A DNA stretch of 64,000 nt from Bacteroidia bacterium. GTDB lineage: Bacteria > Bacteroidota > Bacteroidia > SpSt-205. Positions 1-10,255 of the stretch are shown here, one piece after another (the stretch's first letter is position 1; every line of letters starts with the position of its first letter). Below the pieces are notes generated by a model. The model saw nothing but the letters and a program-made list of their open reading frames with translations. It was not told the DNA's origin and did no database searches. Position numbers and translations under genes: made by a program. The stretch covers positions 12,867 through 76,866 of the forward strand of contig JANWXY010000067.1 of NCBI GenBank assembly GCA_025057135.1. Reading direction: 5' to 3'.

Positions 1-1318
1 TGACGAGAAAAGCATCTGAGGTACCACCCAGGCTATTATCATACGCCCCTGCTGTCACAGGGAAGGATGCCGCAGATGATTGAGTATAACCTGTTACATA
101 AACTCGTCCTGAGGCGTCTACGGCTACATCGCGCGCTTCATCTATGCTATTTCCGCCAATGTATGTCCCATACAAGAGCGTCGTGCCGTTAGCGTTTAGT
201 CGCAAGATGAAGGCGTCTTTATCGCCTCCCACGGAAGGCTTGGTAGGACGATAGGAGCCAGGCGTAGTAGGGAAGTTTGTAGAAGCTGTATAGCCAGCCA
301 AGAAGAGCTCGCCCGATGGCCCAACGGCCACCGCATTCACAGCATCGCTGAACGTACCACCGATAAATGTACTATATTCCAGAGCGCCGGTATTTCTATT
401 CAGCTGAGAGAGAAAACCATCAGTCCCGTCGTGAGAGGTGTCATAAGCTCCGATAGTGGTAGGAAAAGTAGGAGAGAGAGTTTGTCCTACTACCAGCAGT
501 TTATTAGGCGCAGATAGCGCGATATTGTACGCTTCATCTGCGTTTCCACCACCCAATATATGGCTCCATACATAAGGGTCTATAATCAGAGGAAGCCGTT
601 TATCATAAGTGCCTGTAATCAAGCGAATCTCCTGTCCGGTTGTTTCCCATCGCACTGGGACAGCCCGCTTACGCCCTTCAATAAACTGATACGCCCGAAG
701 GTCGCATATTTCCACCGGGCCGAAACGCGTGGCCAAGGAGAGTTTATTACCTACTACTTGGATGCCATAAGCGCCCTCCACACGAAGCCGAATTGCCGAG
801 GGATCGGCCCCAGGTGTAATAATGTAGTCATATCTCAGTCGCCCCTCATCAAAATACCATCGCTGTGCTATGCCAGGGTAGATATTTTCCATAGTCAGTT
901 CGCTATATAAAGGCACTTCTGCTGCCCAGCGATGAGGAGCATTACCGAGGAGGTAGTTGTAATGCGCTGACAAAGGCCCCTGTCCAATAAAGCGCACACT
1001 GGCGGAAGCACCTACATGATAGACCCGCAGAACATGTCCCACACGCCTATAAGCACGACGAGAACGCCTTAACTCCGACATTTCAGAGACATTATCCGAA
1101 GCGTTCGGAATAAGCTGATAGAAGTCATACACGACCCCTTCTCTGGTAATCCAAGCGGCTAATCCCGGTTGATGATGCATGTACATGACTTCATCCGTCC
1201 ACTGACCTTTATTCTGAATGAAAAATCGGGAGGCGGTCTGAAATCCATGCCATGAATAGGCTACCACAGGAAGCAGCCCAAGCAGTCCGGGTCCCATACG
1301 AAGTATGATTTGCGGCAT
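1..1318 (-). CDS. Secreted beta-propeller repeat protein (SBBP-type repeats); partial, the C-terminus runs off the window start
   Basis: The minus-strand ORF is absent from the ORF track because it has no in-window stop. The reverse complement from the ATG at 1318 reads MPQIILRMGPGLLGLLPVVAYSW..., a signal-peptide-like N-terminus. It is followed by periodic repeats of the type GG..D.A..VAVD.SG..Y..GYT.S..FPTT.GAY, typical of the SBBP beta-propeller repeat. The plus-strand ORF at 560..910 lies inside this gene and is spurious. Confidence 0.6.
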   Translation of the reverse strand, partial: MPQIILRMGPGLLGLLPVVAYSWHGFQTASRFFIQNKGQWTDEVMYMHHQPGLAAWITREGVVYDFYQLIPNASDNVSEMSELRRSRRAYRRVGHVLRVYHVGASASVRFIGQGPLSAHYNYLLGNAPHRWAAEVPLYSELTMENIYPGIAQRWYFDEGRLRYDYIITPGADPSAIRLRVEGAYGIQVVGNKLSLATRFGPVEICDLRAYQFIEGRKRAVPVRWETTGQEIRLITGTYDKRLPLIIDPYVWSHILGGGNADEAYNIALSAPNKLLVVGQTLSPTFPTTIGAYDTSHDGTDGFLSQLNRNTGALEYSTFIGGTFSDAVNAVAVGPSGELFLAGYTASTNFPTTPGSYRPTKPSVGGDKDAFILRLNANGTTLLYGTYIGGNSIDEARDVAVDASGRVYVTGYTQSSAASFPVTAGAYDNSLGGTSDAFLV

Positions 1319-1523
1319 ACCCCTGAAAAGTTTTTGCGATAGGGCAAAAATATCATTTAGCCGCTATAATACTTGTAGCACAACTTCCCAGGATAGTGAA
1401 ACGGCATACAAGAAGGCGTCAAGACAAACTCTCAGACAGCCAGACATTTAAGCAAGGGCTCTGTGATGTTTATGAGGATGCCTGCCCCTCTATTATGGCT
1501 CGGTTACATGTATTTTTGACTAC

Positions 1524-2996
1524 ATGGCAAATCCTACATTCTGGCGGAGCTTATTCCGTACAAAACCCGTAGAGGCTTATCAAAAAGAAGCGCAACAAAC
1601 GACTCTACGACGAGCTTTGGGACGCTGGTCGCTCGTCTCCATGGGTATTGGAGCGATTATCGGAGGAGGGATATTTACTCTGACGGGGGTGGCAGCTAAG
1701 CTATATGCTGGTCCTGCTCTGGCAATCTCATTTGTCATAGCAGGCTTCGCCTGCTTACTCGCGGCGATGGCATATGCGGAGTTTGCCAGCATAGTCCCCG
1801 TAGAAGGGTCAGCATATGCCTACTCTTATGCCACAGTCGGTGAAATAGTGGCATGGTTTATCGGGTGGAATCTCGTCTTAGAGTACATGATGGGGGCAAC
1901 CACCGTCGCCGTGGCGTGGAGTGGATACTTTGATAAACTCCTTCATCTGCTTGGGGCAGAGATACCTTATTGGCTGATGAACGACCCTTTTACCGCTGCT
2001 GAAAAAGCCAAATCATTAGGGCTACCTGCCCCAGCTTTCGCTATCAACTTGCCAGGCTTCATCATATCCTGGGTCGTTACAGCCATCCTACTACGAGGCA
2101 TCAAGGAAACTGCCTCTACGAACAACCTCATTGTCTTTATCAAGGTGGGAGCGGTATTGTTTGTCATACTGGCAGGTCTATTTTTCATCAAACCTGAGAA
2201 CTGGAAACCGTTTATTCCGGCGCCTGAGGTAGACTTGGAAGGGAATGTTCATTACGGGTGGGCGGGGATATTCACAGCCGCGACGATTGTATTTTTTGCT
2301 TACATCGGCTTTGATGCCGTCTCCACTCAGGCAGGCGAGGCTATAAACCCGCGCCGCGATGTGCCTTTCGCCATAGTTGCCTCCCTGCTAATTACGACTT
2401 TACTCTACATCGGGGTGTCAATCGTACTTACGGGTATGGTACCTTACAAACTTTTAGACCCGCGAGCCCCGGTAGCTTCTGCCTTCGCAGGGGCTGGGGT
2501 GAAGTGGGCTACCTATATTATCACTTTCGCTGCGGTAGCGGGACTAATCTCAGTGATGCTCGTTATGCTGCTGGGGCAAACGCGCATATTTCTCGCCATG
2601 GCCAAAGACGGCCTCCTCCCAAACGGTATATTTGGATATGTCCATCCGAAGTACAAAACGCCTTTCCGAAGCACGCTACTTGTAGGAACCATAATCTCTC
2701 TCGTAGCCAGCTTCGTCCCCATCGTAAATGTCTCAGAACTTACAAGTCTGGGTACTCTCCTGGCTTTTACGCTTGTATCGCTTTCGGTATTTATTCTACG
2801 CATCAAGCGCCCTGATTTAGAGCGTCCATACAAGGTGCCTTTATGGCCTCTCGTATCGCTGGGAGGTGTACTCGTGAATATATTCTTGATGAGCCAAGCT
2901 CGCAAAGAGAACCTACGAGCTTTCGCCATATGGGGGATAGTGGGGGTTATTGTATATCTCCTGTACAGTCGCCATCATAGCAAGCTCCATCAGTAA
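1524..2996 (+). CDS. Amino acid permease (APC superfamily transporter)
   Basis: 490 aa with about 12 predicted TM segments. It carries the N-terminal GIGAIIGGGIFTLTG motif typical of APC/amino-acid-polyamine transporters. Confidence 0.85.
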   Translation: MANPTFWRSLFRTKPVEAYQKEAQQTTLRRALGRWSLVSMGIGAIIGGGIFTLTGVAAKLYAGPALAISFVIAGFACLLAAMAYAEFASIVPVEGSAYAYSYATVGEIVAWFIGWNLVLEYMMGATTVAVAWSGYFDKLLHLLGAEIPYWLMNDPFTAAEKAKSLGLPAPAFAINLPGFIISWVVTAILLRGIKETASTNNLIVFIKVGAVLFVILAGLFFIKPENWKPFIPAPEVDLEGNVHYGWAGIFTAATIVFFAYIGFDAVSTQAGEAINPRRDVPFAIVASLLITTLLYIGVSIVLTGMVPYKLLDPRAPVASAFAGAGVKWATYIITFAAVAGLISVMLVMLLGQTRIFLAMAKDGLLPNGIFGYVHPKYKTPFRSTLLVGTIISLVASFVPIVNVSELTSLGTLLAFTLVSLSVFILRIKRPDLERPYKVPLWPLVSLGGVLVNIFLMSQARKENLRAFAIWGIVGVIVYLLYSRHHSKLHQ

Positions 2997-3015
2997 AGCT
3001 AACTTTGCGCCCCGT

Positions 3016-5124
3016 ATGACCTCTCTCCTTTTCCTTCCTATCGGGCTAGCGGGTGTAGGGTTGTTATTTCTTTTGTGGAGAAGCCGTTGGGTTCTCTCTC
3101 AGAGCACAGGTGAAGCCCGAATGCAAGCCATTTCCAGCTACATTGCTCGGGGAGCCTTAGCCTTTCTGAAAGCTGAGTGGCGAGTATTGGCGGTGTTTGC
3201 CCTGATAGTCGCGGCCTTATTAGCATATAGTGGTACGCTTTCTGGGCATGACGGACAGGTGCGTTCTCACCCGCTCATTGGCGCTGCATTCTTGATAGGG
3301 GCTTTCACTTCTGCCTTGGCAGGATATATCGGGATGCGCATCGCTACCCGCGCTAATGTCCGAACTACCGAGGCGGCCCGTACCTCTCTGGCCCGGGCAT
3401 TTAGTATTGCTTTTCATGGTGGCTCTGTCATGGGGGTAGGCGTAGGCTCTCTGGCTGTACTTGGCATGGGCGGGCTCTTTTTGGCTTTCTACTGGCTATT
3501 TGCGGGGGGGAATCCCCTCAGCCCCGAAGTGAGTCGCGTAATAGAAGTCGTTACAGGATTTTCGCTGGGTGCTGAGAGCATTGCGCTATTTGCCCGGGTA
3601 GGTGGAGGTATATACACCAAAGCCGCCGATGTAGGTGCGGACTTAGTGGGGAAGATTGAAGCTGGAATCCCCGAAGATGACCCGCGCAATCCGGCTGTCA
3701 TCGCAGATAATGTGGGCGATAATGTCGGGGATATCGCAGGTATGGGCGCTGACCTTTTCGGTTCGTATGTCGCCACGATACTGGCTACCATGGTGCTTGG
3801 GGGCGAGATGATTCAGAGTACGGGGGATTTAGGTCCTGTGCTGCTACCGCTACTTTTAGCAGGTACGGGGCTGCTATTTTCTATCATAGCCACCTTTTTC
3901 GTCAAAGTAAAAGAAGGGGCGGGCCCCCAGCAGGTACAAAATGCCCTCAATATCGGCAATTGGGGGGCTGTGATCCTCACGGTGATAGCCTCTTATGGAC
4001 TCGTCATGTGGCTCCTGCCGAAGGGGGCAGAGCTTCGTGGTCAAGCGGTGTCCCCCACGCAGGTTTTCGGTGCGATAGGTATCGGCTTACTGGTGGGGGC
4101 GCTGATGAGCTGGATTACTGAGTATTACACAGGTATGGGGAAGCGTCCAGTACGCTCTATTGTTCAAAGGTCTCTTACAGGACACGCTACAAACATCCTC
4201 GGAGGCATAGCGGCTGGAATGGAATCTACCGCTCTGCCTGCCGTGATTATGGCTGGGGGGATTTTGGGAGCATACGCCTTAGCGGGGCTGTATGGCGTCG
4301 CTATTGCTGCGACAGGTATGATGAGTACTACGGCGATGCAGCTCACGATAGATGCTTTTGGCCCGATTGCAGACAATGCAGGCGGTATCGCTGAAATGAG
4401 CGGACTACCGGAAGATGTACGAGGACGCACCGATATCCTGGATGCAGTGGGAAATACTACCGCAGCAATGGGTAAAGGGTTCGCCATCGCTTCGGCAGCG
4501 CTTACAGCCCTTGCGCTCTTCGCTGCGTATGTCGGCGTAGCAGGCATACGAGGAATAGATATCTACAAAGCACCCGTCTTAGCAGGGCTTCTCCTTGGCT
4601 CGATGGTGCCTTTTCTTTTCTCCTCCCTCGCCATATCTGCCGTAGGAAGAGCTGCAATGGATATGGTAAAAGAAGTGCGCCGCCAGTTCCGTGAAATCGC
4701 TGGACTCATGGAGGGCAAAGCCGAACCCGAATATGAACGCTGTGTAGAAATATCTACTCAGGCTGCGCTCCGCGAGATGGTACTGCCCGGAGCTCTCGCG
4801 CTAATCATACCTGCCATTGTAGGCTTGACTCTCGGAGCGGAAGTCCTCGGCGGCTACATGGCAGGCGTTACAATGACAGGTGTCCTCTTGGGGCTTTTCC
4901 AGAGTAATGCAGGCGGAGCTTGGGACAATGCGAAAAAGTCCTTCGAGAAAGGCGTAGAAATAGACGGACAAGTGTATTACAAAAAGTCTGACCCTCACAA
5001 GGCAGCCGTCACAGGCGACACTGTGGGTGATCCCCTGAAGGACACTTCTGGCCCCTCTATGAATATCCTCGTCAAGCTCACAGGGATTGTGGCGTTGGTG
5101 CTGGCGCCTTATTTGGCTGCCTGA
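3016..5124 (+). CDS. hppA: Membrane-bound proton-translocating (V-type) pyrophosphatase
   Basis: It carries the diagnostic H+-PPase motifs [50 protein letters not shown] and [10 protein letters not shown]. The whole protein is multi-TM. The track ORF begins at 2950 inside the upstream permease. The internal ATG at 3016 ([13 protein letters not shown]...) is the more likely start. Confidence 0.9.
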   Translation: MTSLLFLPIGLAGVGLLFLLWRSRWVLSQSTGEARMQAISSYIARGALAFLKAEWRVLAVFALIVAALLAYSGTLSGHDGQVRSHPLIGAAFLIGAFTSALAGYIGMRIATRANVRTTEAARTSLARAFSIAFHGGSVMGVGVGSLAVLGMGGLFLAFYWLFAGGNPLSPEVSRVIEVVTGFSLGAESIALFARVGGGIYTKAADVGADLVGKIEAGIPEDDPRNPAVIADNVGDNVGDIAGMGADLFGSYVATILATMVLGGEMIQSTGDLGPVLLPLLLAGTGLLFSIIATFFVKVKEGAGPQQVQNALNIGNWGAVILTVIASYGLVMWLLPKGAELRGQAVSPTQVFGAIGIGLLVGALMSWITEYYTGMGKRPVRSIVQRSLTGHATNILGGIAAGMESTALPAVIMAGGILGAYALAGLYGVAIAATGMMSTTAMQLTIDAFGPIADNAGGIAEMSGLPEDVRGRTDILDAVGNTTAAMGKGFAIASAALTALALFAAYVGVAGIRGIDIYKAPVLAGLLLGSMVPFLFSSLAISAVGRAAMDMVKEVRRQFREIAGLMEGKAEPEYERCVEISTQAALREMVLPGALALIIPAIVGLTLGAEVLGGYMAGVTMTGVLLGLFQSNAGGAWDNAKKSFEKGVEIDGQVYYKKSDPHKAAVTGDTVGDPLKDTSGPSMNILVKLTGIVALVLAPYLAA

Positions 5125-6871
5125 AATACTTCGGGCACAAAATGCAGATACAACGGGGGGTAAGGTTCATGCCTTATCCCCCGTATTGATTGAAGCAGAG
5201 TATTCGGTTCGTATAAAACGCTGGCAAATAGACTCTACGGGCTGGGTAGCGATAGGGCCGCATCTTTCACACCTTCTGAACCAGATAGAAGGCGTGCATT
5301 TACGAGATTACGGCGGGCAAGGGGGGTTGAAAACCTTGTCTATACGTGGCATGGGGGCTCCACTTACAGGCGTTACCTTTCAGGGACTGCCGCTACGAGC
5401 GCCGACCTTAGGCCTGGTCAATTTGGCTCCTTTCTTTTTGCCCGCCCTACGGGAAGTAAGTTTCACCCCAGGAAGCGACCTAAGTGCCTCCCCAGGTGCA
5501 GTAGGTATCCTCTCTCTGTCATGGCATCCAAGGTACAGGCAATATCATGTCGGATGGCGTATCGCCGAGTATGGCGAAGCGCTGGTCTATGGGGCTTTTG
5601 AAACGCCCAGGGGGCTCGTCCAAGCCTCAGCGCTCACAGCGATGAATAGATATCCTTTTACTGAACCGGCTAAGGGCATCCGAGAAAGCGCCGACTATCG
5701 CTACATCCAAGGAGCGTGGGCCTATCGGCATAAAGGTGTCCAGATTACAGGATGGGGCTTTGGAAGCTGGCAATTTATCCCCCCGCCAGTTTTACTTGGG
5801 ACGGCTGGTGGCCCTTTGGAGCAGTTAGCCCAGCGTTTTCTGGCACACACCATAGAGTCTCATACGCCACTTGGAGAGCTGCGAGTCCAGCACCTTACAG
5901 AGATGGTGAGCCATACAGATGCCTTTGGTCAGATGGGTTGGAGTCGCCTCCATACCATGCAAGGACAGCTCCAAAGGCGCTGGCAGTATAAGACCATAAT
6001 AGGGGCATTCACGCTATACGGCGCTGCCGATAAAGTGCGCAGTAACCGAATGGCACGAGGTTTTGAGCTGCTCCCTGCCATCGCCCAGTACGAAGGCGCC
6101 CTTACCAACTTTCTCTTTTGGTCTAAAAGTACCTTTTATGCCCGAGGCGAAGCGAGACTCACTTTTATGAGCCGGTTTCCGCCTCAGCTTTCGCTACTCA
6201 TGCGGGCTGGCTGGCGCACTTTGGGTATAGAAATGATGCGCGGCGTGCGTTTCCCCAGTTTATGGGAAAGGTACTGGGTAGGCTATGGCAATCCCGCTTT
6301 ATCCCCAGAACAGTCTGGCCAAATACAAGTCTTCGCAGAAAAGTCATGGCGAGCGTACCGGGTATATGTAGCGGCATTCATGGCACAGACGCAAAACCGC
6401 ATAGTTACCATACCGCTTTCGCCTGTACGATGGCAAGCATACAGCTTAGGCTATGTAGAAAGTCTGGGAGGCGAGGGACGCATAGAATACTGCCAGCGGA
6501 AGATACGCTTATGGCTAAGCGCTACCTTCCTAAGCGCCAAGGAATACTCCTTTTCTACCGGAGGCATACTACCTTATACACCACCCTATCTCCTCAACTG
6601 GGGCGCTCAGTATCGTACGCTACGCTGGCAAGTGCGCTATCAAGCTCACTACACAAGCTGGCGTACCAGCAGCTTAGCCCCGAGTAGATATACCATCCTA
6701 CCCCCGTATTCCCTGCATGCTGTGTCATGGATGTACATCAGAGACTATTGGCAGATAGAGATAGGCAGCGAAAATCTATTTAGCACCCCTTATGAGGTAA
6801 TCAAAGGCTATCCGATGCCGCCTAGACAGATTTACCTGCACTGGAGCGCGACACTAAGGGGAAAGGATTAG
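5087..6871 (+). CDS. TonB-dependent outer-membrane receptor (plug + barrel; BtuB-sized)
   Basis: A TonB-box-like stretch ([18 protein letters not shown]) is followed by a plug domain ([28 protein letters not shown]...APTLGLVNL). A long beta-rich C-terminal region follows. The N-terminus ([10 protein letters not shown]...) is not a typical signal peptide and overlaps the hppA 3' end, so the start is uncertain. Confidence 0.7.
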   Translation: MWRWCWRLIWLPEILRAQNADTTGGKVHALSPVLIEAEYSVRIKRWQIDSTGWVAIGPHLSHLLNQIEGVHLRDYGGQGGLKTLSIRGMGAPLTGVTFQGLPLRAPTLGLVNLAPFFLPALREVSFTPGSDLSASPGAVGILSLSWHPRYRQYHVGWRIAEYGEALVYGAFETPRGLVQASALTAMNRYPFTEPAKGIRESADYRYIQGAWAYRHKGVQITGWGFGSWQFIPPPVLLGTAGGPLEQLAQRFLAHTIESHTPLGELRVQHLTEMVSHTDAFGQMGWSRLHTMQGQLQRRWQYKTIIGAFTLYGAADKVRSNRMARGFELLPAIAQYEGALTNFLFWSKSTFYARGEARLTFMSRFPPQLSLLMRAGWRTLGIEMMRGVRFPSLWERYWVGYGNPALSPEQSGQIQVFAEKSWRAYRVYVAAFMAQTQNRIVTIPLSPVRWQAYSLGYVESLGGEGRIEYCQRKIRLWLSATFLSAKEYSFSTGGILPYTPPYLLNWGAQYRTLRWQVRYQAHYTSWRTSSLAPSRYTILPPYSLHAVSWMYIRDYWQIEIGSENLFSTPYEVIKGYPMPPRQIYLHWSATLRGKD

Positions 6872-6883
6872 CTTCAAGCCGTA

Positions 6884-8629
6884 ATGCATCTATCAAAATC
6901 AGTGAATCCATATTACATTTGTCGCATGGCTTCATTTCTGGACTGGGCTCGCAGAATGATGACGAGCAATGCCTCCGATGTTGAAGTTCTACAATCACCC
7001 ATGCCTGTTTCCTTGATGAACATAATGGCGAACATGTATCCCGAGCCCGTAGCTGTACTTAATCGGGCTACGGATACCATAGTCTGGGGCAGTCCAGGGC
7101 TTATGATGCTTTCAGGCAGAGCTGGTGAAGAGCTTGTCAAAATGAAGCCGGAGGATTTTATACGAGCCCACTTTGCCTCCCCAGATGAGGTCATCGCGCT
7201 TTATGCTGAAAAGATAGCGGACGCCCAAATCAATAGCCGGTTTATTTCCCCCGAGGGAGAAAAATATGTACAAGCGCTCTGGATGCGTCTCCCCGAAGTT
7301 GAGAAAGGCGCAGACTATTTTCTACTCATGCTGCGCGACATCACCGAGATAGAGCTCATGAGGCAAGAGCTCCTGCAGTACAACGAAGAGCTTCAGCAGC
7401 AGATAGACATAGCAGACAGGCTATACCAGGAGCGGGAAAAGATGTACTTAGAGCTTCAGGAAAAGTCCGAATGGCTTCGTTTGATTAGTACCGCTACGGC
7501 ATATTCAAATACTATGAAGTTTATTTTGACACCCGAGGGTACGATTGTCTGGGTGAATCGGTTCTTTGAGCGAGCCTCTGGGTGGTCCGCCGCAGAACTC
7601 ATCGGTAAAAATGTACGCGATATCGGCGGAACATTCGCTCATCTACTTCCTTCACCACAAGCGGCGCCATCCGAAGATACGCTGATTATCAATCATTTTC
7701 ATAGAGCGCCATTTACCGAAGAGATTTTCGCCTATGACCGAAATGGCAATGGCTACTGGATGCTAATAACCTTAGCTCCGATACCAGATGAAGCCGGTAA
7801 CATCACCCACTACATAGGTGCTCTTATCAATATCCACCGTAAGAAGCAGCGAGAAGAAGAGCTCCGACTTTTCCGTCAGGAGATACAAGAATCCCTCAGC
7901 TATGCTGCGCGCATACAGCGTCGCTTTCTGTCTTCTCCGGAGATTTTGAAAGGGTATTTCTCGGATTATGCTGTGTGGCATAAACCCATGATAGATATCG
8001 GCGGAGACTTTTATTACTATGAAACGATAGAAGATGGCGCGGTGATAGCCATGGGAGATTGCACAGGACATGGGATACCCGCAGCTTTACTTAGTATTTA
8101 TGCCACCACATCTCTGCGCTTTGCACTGCAGCACTATGGTACCGACTTAGAGTCTGTATATCATCGACTCAAACAGGATATCAGAGAGGTATTTGCAAGA
8201 GATGGAAATATGGCTTATGAAGGCTTTGAAGTAGGCATACTCTACTATCAACCAAAGTCGGGAAAAGCCAAGTTTATAGGCGCGGGACGACCTTTATGGG
8301 TACTGCGGGGGGGGACACTCGTTCCTATGATGAGCGGGAAAGGTGACATCAGCGTAAGCCTTCCTGACGCCCCTACTCAGCATGAAGCTATCCTAATGAT
8401 ATTCTCTCTGAACAAAGGAGACCGCCTCTACCTTTTCTCTGATGGTATAACTGACCAGCTGAATAAAGAAAGTAAGAGATTTTCTACCAGTCGCTTACAA
8501 AAGCTTGTACGAGATAGCCATCCTCTGCCATTACAAACGCAGGTAGAGTTTCTGAAAAATTCCATCCAAGAATGGGCAAATGGCGCAGAGCAGACAGATG
8601 ACTTTCTCCTCATCGCCTTAGAGGTTTAG
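6884..8629 (+). CDS. PAS-domain sensor fused to a SpoIIE/RsbU-type PP2C serine phosphatase
   Basis: The N-terminal half has PAS-like segments separated by a coiled coil (ELMRQELLQYNEELQQQIDIADRLYQEREKMYLELQEK). The C-terminal domain carries PP2C/SpoIIE signatures (DIGGDFYYY...GDCTGHGIPAALLS...FSDGITDQ...TDDFLLIALEV). Confidence 0.8.
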   Translation: MHLSKSVNPYYICRMASFLDWARRMMTSNASDVEVLQSPMPVSLMNIMANMYPEPVAVLNRATDTIVWGSPGLMMLSGRAGEELVKMKPEDFIRAHFASPDEVIALYAEKIADAQINSRFISPEGEKYVQALWMRLPEVEKGADYFLLMLRDITEIELMRQELLQYNEELQQQIDIADRLYQEREKMYLELQEKSEWLRLISTATAYSNTMKFILTPEGTIVWVNRFFERASGWSAAELIGKNVRDIGGTFAHLLPSPQAAPSEDTLIINHFHRAPFTEEIFAYDRNGNGYWMLITLAPIPDEAGNITHYIGALINIHRKKQREEELRLFRQEIQESLSYAARIQRRFLSSPEILKGYFSDYAVWHKPMIDIGGDFYYYETIEDGAVIAMGDCTGHGIPAALLSIYATTSLRFALQHYGTDLESVYHRLKQDIREVFARDGNMAYEGFEVGILYYQPKSGKAKFIGAGRPLWVLRGGTLVPMMSGKGDISVSLPDAPTQHEAILMIFSLNKGDRLYLFSDGITDQLNKESKRFSTSRLQKLVRDSHPLPLQTQVEFLKNSIQEWANGAEQTDDFLLIALEV

Positions 8630-8644
8630 GAAAGCGTCTTAGAA

Positions 8645-9517
8645 CTACATCATCAGAGGGCTGAGTTCAGCGACGATAGCCATCATACCGAAAAAGACCG
8701 AAGCAAGGCCATTGTAGGTGAAAAAAGCTCTATTAATCTTGGACTTGTCTTGACTAACGAGGTGCTGATATAAAATAAACCCTGAAAATCCTCCCCAGCC
8801 TATCCAATAAAAAGCACTTGCAACCTTCCAGCCGTAGCGAGAGAATCCCACATATAGTAGAAGTATAATCGCCATAAAGTGACTAACCAAAGAGAGCCTA
8901 CGAGCCGTTTTTTCACCGAAAGTGGCTGGAATACTATACAAACCATTTTCTCTATCAAACTCCTCATCCTGCAGGGCATACAAAATATCAAATCCTCCCA
9001 CCCATAGGGCGACGGCAACCCCGACGAGCCAGATTATAGGGCTAAACTCTCCTTTCCCAGCCAAATAAGCCCCTACGGGCGCCAAGCCGAGCGCAATACC
9101 GAGCACATAGTGTGCCATGTATGTAAAGCGTTTCGTATAGGAATAGCCCAGCAGAATAAAAAGAGCCACGGGAGCTAAAATCGCACAGAGCGGGCTAAGG
9201 AGCCATGCCGCACCTATGAATATCCCCCCACTCCCTATCACCAAAAAGAGCGCCGCACGAGGGGCTATTTCTCCGCGAGGAATCTCTCGTTGAGCTGTGC
9301 GGGGATTACGAGCATCTATCGCCCTATCAACGTAGCGGTTGAAAGCCATCGCTGCCGTACGAGCACTTACGACAGCTACGACGACAAGCAGGAGCTTTAT
9401 GCCCCAGTTGGCAAAAGAGGTCTCCGTCACCGCCAGAGTGAAACCCCATAGAGCAAAAGGCAGCGCGAATACCGAGTGAGAGAGGACGACGAGGTTAGCG
9501 TACTTTTTGAGCGACAT
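8645..9517 (-). CDS. UbiA-superfamily aromatic prenyltransferase
   Basis: 290 aa and multi-TM. It carries the Asp-rich NRYVDRAIDARN motif (NxxxDxxxD) characteristic of UbiA/MenA prenyltransferases. Confidence 0.75.
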   Translation of the reverse strand: MSLKKYANLVVLSHSVFALPFALWGFTLAVTETSFANWGIKLLLVVVAVVSARTAAMAFNRYVDRAIDARNPRTAQREIPRGEIAPRAALFLVIGSGGIFIGAAWLLSPLCAILAPVALFILLGYSYTKRFTYMAHYVLGIALGLAPVGAYLAGKGEFSPIIWLVGVAVALWVGGFDILYALQDEEFDRENGLYSIPATFGEKTARRLSLVSHFMAIILLLYVGFSRYGWKVASAFYWIGWGGFSGFILYQHLVSQDKSKINRAFFTYNGLASVFFGMMAIVAELSPLMM

Positions 9518-9592
9518 GAAGCTGATTCTTATGGATGATAGCTGCCGCTGAGGACCGCCCCTGCCTCTGCGGGCTTAGGCAGCCTGCTGGGA

Positions 9593-10255
9593 TTAGTCAT
9601 CCCGCCAGTAATCGTAAATTTTCTCACGCTTGACCTGAGCTTTTTCCGATAAATAGCGCACAAGCCTATAAACAGCGATTGGGTCCAGTACCGGATAGGT
9701 AGGACGCAGAGTCCTTTCATAGTATAAGTCACGGTAGCGCTGCTGGGCTATCTTGATGCGCTCCTGTGGATCAGCGGGGAGGTTTTGCATGAAATAGGCG
9801 ATTAGCTCAGGACTTACATTGTCTCGAGCCGACTGCGTCTGCGTCTCTAAGGGAATATTGAGAAGGGCTGTACGCAGCTCTTCGGGCGTGCGGATGCTAT
9901 TGATGCGTACGGTAGGGAGCTCTATCGTATCCTCCACGAGGTAATGCACCGCATAAATCAATCCTTGGGTGGTATCGCCTGCGTAGGAGTTTAGATAAGC
10001 GCTCACGGCAAATCGCGCTCGTTTATATCCCAAAGCAGAAAATATCAGCGTATCGCCCCTAATCACAGGTAAGCTATAAAACCCGTCAGCGTTAGATATA
10101 CTGCCTCGGCGAGTTTTCCCCACTCGGATAGAAACATAGGGAATGGGCTCTCCAGTCGTAGCGCTCAGGATCATCCCAGAGAGCTGGTAGACAGTAGGCT
10201 CTGACTGGGCTAATAGCACGATAGGAATAAAAGTGAGCCAAAATGCTGGCTTCAT
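9593..10255 (-). CDS. Hypothetical secreted protein (carboxypeptidase-regulatory-like beta-sandwich region)
   Basis: It has an N-terminal signal peptide (MKPAFWLTFIPIVLLAQS). The segment YQLSGMILSATTGEPIPYVSIRVGKTRRGSISNADGFYSLPV resembles CarboxypepD_reg-like domains. Its start overlaps the stop of the upstream TPR-PP2C gene by 4 nt. Confidence 0.45.
   Translation of the reverse strand: MKPAFWLTFIPIVLLAQSEPTVYQLSGMILSATTGEPIPYVSIRVGKTRRGSISNADGFYSLPVIRGDTLIFSALGYKRARFAVSAYLNSYAGDTTQGLIYAVHYLVEDTIELPTVRINSIRTPEELRTALLNIPLETQTQSARDNVSPELIAYFMQNLPADPQERIKIAQQRYRDLYYERTLRPTYPVLDPIAVYRLVRYLSEKAQVKREKIYDYWRDD

Noticed and set aside
560-910. 116-aa plus-strand ORF
   Set aside because: It lies entirely inside the minus-strand SBBP beta-propeller gene, which has strong repeat structure and a signal peptide. 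It has no motif and is most likely a shadow ORF.
2950-3015. N-terminal extension of the hppA ORF that overlaps the permease gene
   Set aside because: The internal ATG at 3016 begins a typical hydrophobic H+-PPase N-terminus and removes the overlap. The extension is not conserved-looking.
4164-4547. Antisense ORFs within hppA, the TonB receptor and the flippase (examples: 4164-4547, 6262-6687, 29137-29412)
   Set aside because: They are embedded opposite or out of frame in genes that have unmistakable family motifs. They show the low-complexity composition typical of high-GC shadow frames.
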